Source: Myxococcota bacterium (GTDB taxonomy: Bacteria > Myxococcota_A > UBA9160 > UBA6930). Taken from it: a DNA stretch of 64,000 bases. The DNA lies in assembly GCA_036560185.1 (NCBI GenBank), contig DATBRS010000237.1:523-64522 (forward strand). The letters run 5' to 3'. The notes beneath the pieces are model-generated. The model searched no databases. It had not been told where the DNA came from and was given only the letters and a program-made list of their open reading frames with translations. This document shows, one piece after another, positions 57,497 through 64,000 of the stretch; the stretch's first letter is position 1; each line of letters starts with the position of its first letter. Both the position numbers and the translations under genes were made by a program.

Positions 57497-57937
57497 CTAG
57501 GACGGCTCCGCCGCGGGCGCGGGCATCACGGCCTCGCCGTCCAGCACCCGCCGCGCCACCGAGAGCGCGTCCGCCATCACCGCGACGCCGTCGACCTCGC
57601 CGCGCCGAACCGAGCGGGCGAGCTCGTCGAGCGCGCGGCCCGCGAACTCGAGCTGCCGGCGATCCGTGCCCGCCGCGCGCGCGCTGAAGTAGCCGAAGCC
57701 CGCGGCGGCCTTCTCGAGGTTCTCCGCGGCGTAGGAGCGGCTGCCCCGCGCGAATGCGCGCTCCGCCCGCGCGAGGTAGATGTGCGGCTCGACGATCGGC
57801 TCGAGCTCGCGGTCGGAGCGCTGGTAGTAGACGCGATCGCCGAGGTCGAAGGAGCGGTACTCGCGCGCGCCGGCGGCGCTGGCGCAGAGCAGGCCTGCGA
57901 TGAGCGCGAGCGAAGCGAAGAACCGGCTCCGGTACAT
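57497..57937 (-). CDS. Secreted hypothetical protein
   Basis: 146 aa from the ATG at 57937 (MYRSRFFASLALIAGLLCASAAGA). Helical composition. No family recognised. Confidence 0.45.
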   Translation of the reverse strand: MYRSRFFASLALIAGLLCASAAGAREYRSFDLGDRVYYQRSDRELEPIVEPHIYLARAERAFARGSRSYAAENLEKAAAGFGYFSARAAGTDRRQLEFAGRALDELARSVRRGEVDGVAVMADALSVARRVLDGEAVMPAPAAEPS

Positions 57938-58119
57938 GACGTGCCTCCCGTGGGCGTGCACTGGATCCAACGCGCGAAGCGGCGCGCGGTTTCGCGAGCC
58001 GCCGCCCCCTGGGTGAGGATCGACCGTCGGACTCCGAGCGCTCAGGGGAAGGGCAGTGGGGGCGAAGGAATCCGTCCGGGCTGCCGGTAAGATGCGCGCC
58101 TCTTTTTCGGGAGACGAGC

Positions 58120-60765
58120 GTGGCAAAGGGCGAGCGTGCGAAGGCGAGGCCGGCGGCCCGCAAGCGGGCCGAGGTGAAGCGCGTGCGGAGCGAACGGCAG
58201 CGCGGCGCGTACCGCCTGCCGGCCGACGTGCGCCCGCTCGAGGCGGACCTCCACATCGCGGTCGATCCCGCGCAGAGCGACACGTACGGCGGAGACGTGC
58301 TGCACCACCTCGAGCTCGCGCGCGGCAAGCGCGTGCTCGAGCTGCACGCCGTCGGGCTCACCGTGACGAAGGCGCACGCGGAGGTGGGCGACAAGATCGT
58401 GCGCGGTCGCGCGCAGCCGCGACCCGAGCGCGAGACCGTCGAGATCGTGCTCGCCGAGGCGCTGCCCGCCGGCCCGGTCACGCTCGTGCTCGAGTTCAAG
58501 GGCAAGCTCGCGACCGACCTGCGCGGCTTCTACGCCGCGCGCTCGGGCGAGCGCAAGTACGCCTTCACCCAGCTCGAGTCGACCGAGGCCCGCCGCTTCT
58601 TCCCGTGCTTCGACGAGCCGGCGCTGAAGGCGCGCTTCGGCGTCTCGGTCACGACGGCGCACGCGAACACCGTGATCAGCAACAACCCCGTCGCGAAGAT
58701 CGTGCCGCGCGAGGGCGGCTCGAAGACGGTGGTGTTCGCGCAGACGCCGCCGCTCTCGACCTACCTGCTCGCGCTCGCGGTGGGGGAGCTGGTCGCGTCC
58801 GAGCCGGTGCACTGCGGCGAGACCGAGATCCGCATCTGGCACGTGCCCGGCAAGGAGGCGCTCACCGCGTTCTCGCTCGAAGCGGCGCGAGAGACGCTCG
58901 CGCGGCTCGAGAGCTACTTCGACTTGCCGTATCCGTACGAGAAGCTCGATCTCGTCGCCGTGCCCGAGTTCGAGGCCGGCGCCATGGAGAACGCCGGCGC
59001 GGTGTTCTTCCGCGAGACGCTGCTGCTCGTCGACCCCGAGCGCACCACGATCCTCGAGCTGAAGCGCGTCGCCGAGGTGATCTGCCACGAGCTCGCGCAC
59101 ATGTGGTACGGCGACCTCGTCACGATGGCGTGGTGGGACGACCTCTGGCTCAACGAGGCCTTCGCGACCTGGATGGCTTATCAGGTCGTCGACGCCTGGA
59201 AGCCCGAGTGGCGCATGTGGAGCACCTTCCAGCACGACCGCGCCGCCGCGCTCGGCATGGATGCGCTCGAGAGCACGCACCCGATCTACATCGAGGTGCG
59301 CAGCCCGGCCGAGGCGACCGAGAACTTCGACCTGATCACCTACGAGAAGGGCGCCTCGGTCGTGCGCATGATCGAGCGCTACCTCGGCGCGGAGGTGTTC
59401 CGCGCGGGCGTGCGCCGGTACATCCGCGATCACCGCGAGGGCAACACCGTCGCGGCGGATCTCTGGAACGCGCTCGCCGACGCCTCGGGCCAAGACGTCG
59501 CGCCGATCATGCGCGCGTGGATCGAGCAGCCGGGCTTCCCGTTGCTACGGATCGAGCGCGTGGCGCGCGGCGCGAAGCAGCTCGTGCGCTACCGCCAGGA
59601 GCGCTTCCGGCCGAACGCCGACAAGCCCGCCAAGGACGCGACCAAGCGCTGGCCGATCCCGTGGGTCGGGCGCGCGGGCACGGCGGTCGGCTCGCGCAGC
59701 GTGCGCCAGCTGCTGAACCGAGCGCGCGGCGAATTCGAGCTCGATGGCGAGGCGCCGCGCTTTCTCTACGGCAACGCCGAGGAGGCGGGCTTCCTCCGCC
59801 CTCTGCACACGAAGGAGGAGCTCGCGGCGCTCGCGCAGAACCTGCGCGAGCTCAGCGGCGTCGAGCGGCAGGGCCTGGTCGGCCATCAATGGGCGGCGCT
59901 GCGCGCCGGACACAGCGAGCTCGCGAGCTTCCTCGACCTCGCGTTCGCGCTCGGCGGAGAGCAGGACCCAGACGTGCTCACCTCGCTGCGCCCCGCGCTC
60001 GAAGCCTGCGCGCGCTCCGCGCGGCGCACGCTCGGCCCGGACGCCGAGCGCCGGCTGCGCGGGCGCGTCGCGCAAACCTTCGCGCCGGCCCTGAACGCGC
60101 TCGGCTTCGACGCGAGCGCGAAGGAGAGCGACGACACGCGTCGCCTGCGCGCGGTCTTGTTCGCGCTCGTCGGCGACACGGGCGAGAGCGCCGCGGTTCG
60201 CGCGCGCGCGGGCGAGCTGGTGCGCGCGTACCTGAACGACCGCGCGAGCGTCGAGCCCGAGCTCGCCGCGATCGCGACGACCGTGGCCGCTTCCTGCGGC
60301 GACGCGCAGCTCTACGACCGCTACCTGGCGGCGCACAGAGCGGCCACGACGCCGCTCGAGGCGCGGCGACTGCTGATGGCGCTCGGCGACTTCCGCGCCC
60401 GCGAGCTCGTGCAGCGCACGCTCGCGCTGAACCTCACGGACGAAGTGAGCGCGCAGGATGTGGGCATCCTGCTGGGCGCGATGCTCGGCAACCCGAGCGC
60501 CGCGCCTGCCACCTGGGAGTTCTTCAAGAAGCGCTTCCGCGCGCTGCGCAAGAAGCTCCCGCCCGCACTGGTCGCGCGCCCGATCGAAGCCTCGGCCGCG
60601 CTCGCCACCCGGGAAGCGCGCCGTGACATCGCGGCGTTCTTCAAGCAGAACCCGGTGCCGACCGCGGTGCGCGCGGTGAAGAAGGCGCTCGAGCAGATCG
60701 CGCTCACCTGCGCCTTCGACGCGCGCGTGAAGGGGCAGCTCGCGCGCTGGCTCGACGGCGCGTAG
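58120..60765 (+). CDS. M1-family aminopeptidase (aminopeptidase N-like)
   Basis: 881 aa. GTG start with GGGAG 7 nt upstream. GAMEN exopeptidase motif and HELAHMWYGDLVTMAWWDDLWLNEAF (HExxH+E). Confidence 0.92.
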   Translation: MAKGERAKARPAARKRAEVKRVRSERQRGAYRLPADVRPLEADLHIAVDPAQSDTYGGDVLHHLELARGKRVLELHAVGLTVTKAHAEVGDKIVRGRAQPRPERETVEIVLAEALPAGPVTLVLEFKGKLATDLRGFYAARSGERKYAFTQLESTEARRFFPCFDEPALKARFGVSVTTAHANTVISNNPVAKIVPREGGSKTVVFAQTPPLSTYLLALAVGELVASEPVHCGETEIRIWHVPGKEALTAFSLEAARETLARLESYFDLPYPYEKLDLVAVPEFEAGAMENAGAVFFRETLLLVDPERTTILELKRVAEVICHELAHMWYGDLVTMAWWDDLWLNEAFATWMAYQVVDAWKPEWRMWSTFQHDRAAALGMDALESTHPIYIEVRSPAEATENFDLITYEKGASVVRMIERYLGAEVFRAGVRRYIRDHREGNTVAADLWNALADASGQDVAPIMRAWIEQPGFPLLRIERVARGAKQLVRYRQERFRPNADKPAKDATKRWPIPWVGRAGTAVGSRSVRQLLNRARGEFELDGEAPRFLYGNAEEAGFLRPLHTKEELAALAQNLRELSGVERQGLVGHQWAALRAGHSELASFLDLAFALGGEQDPDVLTSLRPALEACARSARRTLGPDAERRLRGRVAQTFAPALNALGFDASAKESDDTRRLRAVLFALVGDTGESAAVRARAGELVRAYLNDRASVEPELAAIATTVAASCGDAQLYDRYLAAHRAATTPLEARRLLMALGDFRARELVQRTLALNLTDEVSAQDVGILLGAMLGNPSAAPATWEFFKKRFRALRKKLPPALVARPIEASAALATREARRDIAAFFKQNPVPTAVRAVKKALEQIALTCAFDARVKGQLARWLDGA

Positions 60766-60838
60766 GGCCGAGCCGACACGCGGCCCCCCGCACCCCTGCC
60801 TGTTGTGCCGAGCGCGATTTTCGTCCTAGATTCGCTCC

Positions 60839-61903
60839 ATGGCTCCGAACGGACCGCGCGCCAACCCGCCCAACCGCTTCGAGCGCGTCCACGTCGCGGA
60901 CATGCCCGAGCTCGGCTTCGGCGCGAGCCCCGACGACCCGCCGGAGGATCCGCGCACCGAGCTGCTGGTGGATCCCTCGCGCAGCGTGGTCGCCAGCAAC
61001 GACAGCCCGGACTTGGGTTTTCGCGCGAGCGTGAACCCGTATCGCGGCTGCCAACACGCCTGCACTTATTGTTACGCGCGCCCCACCCACGAGTATCTCG
61101 GCTACTCCGCCGGCCTCGACTTCCAGACCAAGATCCTGGTGAAGCCGCGGGCAGCCGAGCTGTTACGGAAGCAGCTGATGTCGCCGGCGTGGAAGCCGCA
61201 GGTCGTCGCGCTCTCCGGCGTCACCGATCCGTACCAGCCGGCCGAGCGCAGGCTGCGCATCACGCGCGGCTGCCTCGAGGTGCTGGCCGAGTTCCGCAAT
61301 CCCGTCGTGATCGTGACCAAGGGCTTCTTGGTGACGCGCGATCTCGACCTGCTCGCCGAGCTCGCGCGCGTGAACGCGGCCTCGGTGATGCTCTCGATCA
61401 CGACGCTCGACCCGGAGCTGCAGCGCAAGATGGAGCCGCTCGCGTCGCCGCCGACGAAGCGGCTCGCGGCGATCGACGCGCTCGCGCGCGCCGGCGTGCC
61501 GGTCGGCGTGATGACCGCGCCGGTGATTCCCGGCCTAACAGATCACGAGCTGCCGGCGATCCTTCAGGCGGCAGCGAACGCCGGCGCGAGCAGCGCCGGG
61601 CTCGTCGTGCTGCGCCTGCCCCACGGCGTGAAGGAGCTGTTCTCGGACTGGCTCGCGCAGCACTACCCGGAGCGCCGCGAGAAGGTGCTGAACCGCCTGC
61701 GCGCGCTCCACGGCGGGGCGCTCTACGACGCGCGCTTCGCCCATCGACAGCGCGGCAGCGGCGAGTTCGCGGAGCAGATCCAGGCGCTCTTCGAGCTGGG
61801 CCTGCGGCGCGCGCGGCTCGCGCGCCGCAGCGCGGAGCTGTCGACCGCGGCGTTCCGGCGGCCGGGCGTGGCGGATCAGCTGTCGCTGTTCGGCGGCGCC
61901 TGA
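60839..61903 (+). CDS. PA0069-family radical SAM protein
   Basis: 354 aa. NPPNRFE N-terminus and the CxxxCxxC cluster motif in YRGCQHACTYCYARP. Confidence 0.85.
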   Translation: MAPNGPRANPPNRFERVHVADMPELGFGASPDDPPEDPRTELLVDPSRSVVASNDSPDLGFRASVNPYRGCQHACTYCYARPTHEYLGYSAGLDFQTKILVKPRAAELLRKQLMSPAWKPQVVALSGVTDPYQPAERRLRITRGCLEVLAEFRNPVVIVTKGFLVTRDLDLLAELARVNAASVMLSITTLDPELQRKMEPLASPPTKRLAAIDALARAGVPVGVMTAPVIPGLTDHELPAILQAAANAGASSAGLVVLRLPHGVKELFSDWLAQHYPERREKVLNRLRALHGGALYDARFAHRQRGSGEFAEQIQALFELGLRRARLARRSAELSTAAFRRPGVADQLSLFGGA

Positions 61904-61924
61904 GTCGACGGCGGGCAGCAAACG

Positions 61925-63484
61925 CTACGCGTCGTTCTCGCCCTCGCGCTTCAGGCGCGCCAGGAACTCGGCATCGATCCGCGAGCGCACGGTGCGGCGG
62001 TCGATGCCGATGCGGCGCGCGGTCTCCTCGTACGAGCCGGCTTGGTGGTACACGAGCGTGGCGTAGCGCGAGAGCAGCGCGTCGGCGTCGATGCCGCCGC
62101 GCGCGACCTCGCCCAATAACTCGGCGGTGGGGCCGTGTGTGGGCAGGGTGCTCGCGCGTACGGCGGGCGACGCGGGCGTGTAGCCGCCGCGGATCACGAC
62201 GTTGCGCACGCACTGCTCGAGCTCCCGCACGTTGCCGGGCCACGCGTAGTCGCGCGGCAGGTTCGACTCGATGAAGGCGTGCACCTCGCGCGCGATCGCG
62301 TCGCCCTCGTCGTCACCGAACAGCCGGCGCGCGATCACGATCACGAAGTTGCGCAGGTCGTCGGGGTGATCGTCGAGCTGCGCGCGCAGGGTCGGCGTGG
62401 CGACCAGATCGGCGCACAGCCGGTAGTAGAAGTCCTCGCGGAAGCGGCCCGCGGCGAGCTCGGCCGCGAGGTCGCGGTTGGTGGCGGCGATGATCTTGCC
62501 ATCGAAGCGCCGCGCGCGTGTCTCGCCGAGCCGCTCGAAGGCGCGCGTCTGCAGCACCCGTAACAGCTTCACCTGGATCTCGGGCGAGACCTCGCCGATC
62601 TCGTCGAGGAAAACGGCGCCGCCGCGTCCGCACGCTTCGAGCCAGCCCTCGCGGTCGTCGACGGCGCCGGTGAAGGCGCCGCGGCGATGCCCGAACAGCT
62701 CCGACTCGATCAGCGTCGGCGTGAGCGCCGACAGGTTCAGCGCGAAGAAGCGCTTCTCGGGTGCGTGCGCGAACGCCTTCGCCTCGGGTTCGAAGGGGAT
62801 GAACTGCGACTGGCCGATCGCGCGCGCGACCAGCTCCTTGCCCGTGCCGGAAGGCCCGAGGATCAGCGTCGGGACGTCGTGCATGTGCCCGACCAGTGCG
62901 CGGCGATAGCGGCGCCGATCGCGCGTGAAGATCGACTGCCAGGCGTCGGCGCGCAGCTTCGCGGCCGGCAGCGAGGCGCCGTACAAGTGCCGGAACACGA
63001 AGTGGAAGGCGCGCCGCGTCTGGTAGCCGTACGCGAACAGGAACGCGGCGTCCGGCCGCGCCAGACCCGGCAGCGCCAGGTCGCGCTGGATCTCCTCGGC
63101 GAAGTCGTCCCAGCAGGCGACGGGCCGCGGCCGCTCCGTGTCGCGGTCGAGCGTCGCGCGCCAGTCGCGCTCGTAGCGCGAGTAGACGCTGTAGAGGACG
63201 ACGTCCTCGTACAGCGCGGCCTCGTCGGCGGCCGGCTTGATGCCGCGCACGATTCGATCGCGGGCGCGCTCGCGCAGCTCTCGCGCCGCGGCCTCGAGCC
63301 GCAACAAGTTCGGGTTCACGCCGTCGAGATCGGCGTCGACGTTCCACACCACGCGGCCCGCGACGAAGCCGTCGCCCAGCACTTCGCGCTCGTGCGCGAT
63401 CCGCTCCGGCACGAACGGATTCACGTGGGTCAACTTCGAGAGCGCCTCGGCGATCCTGCGCTCGCCGTCGTCGAAGAGGCTCAT
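61925..63484 (-). CDS. Sigma-54-dependent transcriptional activator (bEBP) with an unrecognised N-terminal domain
   Basis: ATG at 63484 (MSLFDDGERRI). AAA+ core with GPSGTGKE, ESELFGH and GAFTGA. C-terminal Fis-type HTH ETARRIGIDRRTVRSRI. The first ~215 aa match no domain I recognise. Confidence 0.9.
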   Translation of the reverse strand: MSLFDDGERRIAEALSKLTHVNPFVPERIAHEREVLGDGFVAGRVVWNVDADLDGVNPNLLRLEAAARELRERARDRIVRGIKPAADEAALYEDVVLYSVYSRYERDWRATLDRDTERPRPVACWDDFAEEIQRDLALPGLARPDAAFLFAYGYQTRRAFHFVFRHLYGASLPAAKLRADAWQSIFTRDRRRYRRALVGHMHDVPTLILGPSGTGKELVARAIGQSQFIPFEPEAKAFAHAPEKRFFALNLSALTPTLIESELFGHRRGAFTGAVDDREGWLEACGRGGAVFLDEIGEVSPEIQVKLLRVLQTRAFERLGETRARRFDGKIIAATNRDLAAELAAGRFREDFYYRLCADLVATPTLRAQLDDHPDDLRNFVIVIARRLFGDDEGDAIAREVHAFIESNLPRDYAWPGNVRELEQCVRNVVIRGGYTPASPAVRASTLPTHGPTAELLGEVARGGIDADALLSRYATLVYHQAGSYEETARRIGIDRRTVRSRIDAEFLARLKREGENDA

Positions 63485-63634
63485 GAAGAGTGTTCCCTCG
63501 TGTTGGCCTTGGATAGCGAGAAACCCTGCCGTGGGTGCGGACCCTCCCGCATCGTCGTGCCGCCGCGCGGAGTAGAGTGGCTGCGGCCGGCGGCGTGTCG
63601 CGCCGCGGCCGAGCCACTTTGCGGGTGAGACGGA

Positions 63635-64000
63635 ATGCTGCGACCTCAGCTCGACTTGTTCGTCGAGAGCCTCGCGAAGGCAGCTTGCTTCACGTTCTTC
63701 CGCAGCATCGAGGTGACGGGGGCGGAGAACGTTCCGCGCGGCGTTCCGCTGGTGCTGGTCGCGAACCATCACAACAGCCTCGTCGACCCGATCCTCGTGC
63801 TCGGCACGACCGGCGTGCACGCGCGCTTCCTCGCGAAGGCCACGCTCTGGGACGTGCTGCCGACGCGGCTGTTGCTCGAGCTCGCCGCGGTGATCCCCGT
63901 GCACCGCGCCCAGGACGGCGCGGACATGTCGAAGAACGACGAGACTTTCGCGCGCTGCTGGGACGTGCTCGCCGCGGGCGGCGCGATCGCGCTCTTCCCC
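63635..64000 (+). CDS. Lysophospholipid (PlsC-like) acyltransferase, C-terminus cut by window edge
   Basis: Not in the ORF track because there is no stop before the window end. My translation from ATG 63635 is MLRPQLDLFVESLAK...VLVANHHNSLVDPILV (HX4D) ...GGAIALFP. Confidence 0.8.
   Translation, partial: MLRPQLDLFVESLAKAACFTFFRSIEVTGAENVPRGVPLVLVANHHNSLVDPILVLGTTGVHARFLAKATLWDVLPTRLLLELAAVIPVHRAQDGADMSKNDETFARCWDVLAAGGAIALFP

Noticed and set aside
63485-63634. Sigma-54 promoter between the bEBP and the plsC-like gene.
   Set aside because: TGGCCTTGGATAGC has GG and GC elements 11 nt apart rather than 12 and lacks the TTGC core. GAGCCACTTTGC lacks the spacer.

Overview
High-GC (about 70%) bacterial chromosomal window, densely packed with about 60 protein genes and one tRNA. 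I saw no rRNA, CRISPR array, transposase or integrase. Gene content suggests a Myxococcota/deltaproteobacteria-like organism (HrcA, sigma-54 activator, PEP-CTERM, TonB receptor, Che genes), but that is inference only. Most long ORFs in the six-frame track are off-frame artefacts of GC-rich DNA; several real genes start at internal ATG/GTG codons, which I re-derived. Layout: groEL (partial); a minus-strand string mcp-cheW-cheY-cheA-cheC-larB-larC-histone-fold gene; thiL; lon; a heat-shock string hemW-hrcA-grpE-dnaK-dnaJ plus a coupled TPR/periplasmic-binding protein; M16 peptidase; ggt; tRNA-Phe with a small decayed accessory patch (hydrolase fragment, lower-GC PEP-CTERM gene); a ferritin-like/ATP-grasp fusion, TonB receptor and LLM oxidoreductase; many housekeeping or accessory enzymes; plsB; eutBC; an M1 aminopeptidase; a radical SAM protein; a sigma-54 activator; a plsC-like gene (partial). 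Most notable observations: (1) a bacterial histone-fold singlet 1 nt downstream of larC; (2) cheA split at an A7 run that forms a canonical -1 frameshift heptamer (A AAA AAA) followed by a 6-nt spacer and a GC hairpin, which is either recoding or a homopolymer assembly error; (3) a strongly over-represented, transcription-co-oriented motif TGTTACGG / CGCTTGTTAC that forces rare TTA and TGT codons; (4) a 20-bp perfect all-G/C inverted repeat enclosing 124 nt between lon and thiL; (5) a DUF455-type ferritin-like/ATP-grasp fusion next to a TonB receptor. All homology calls come from recognising motifs by eye. No database search was run.
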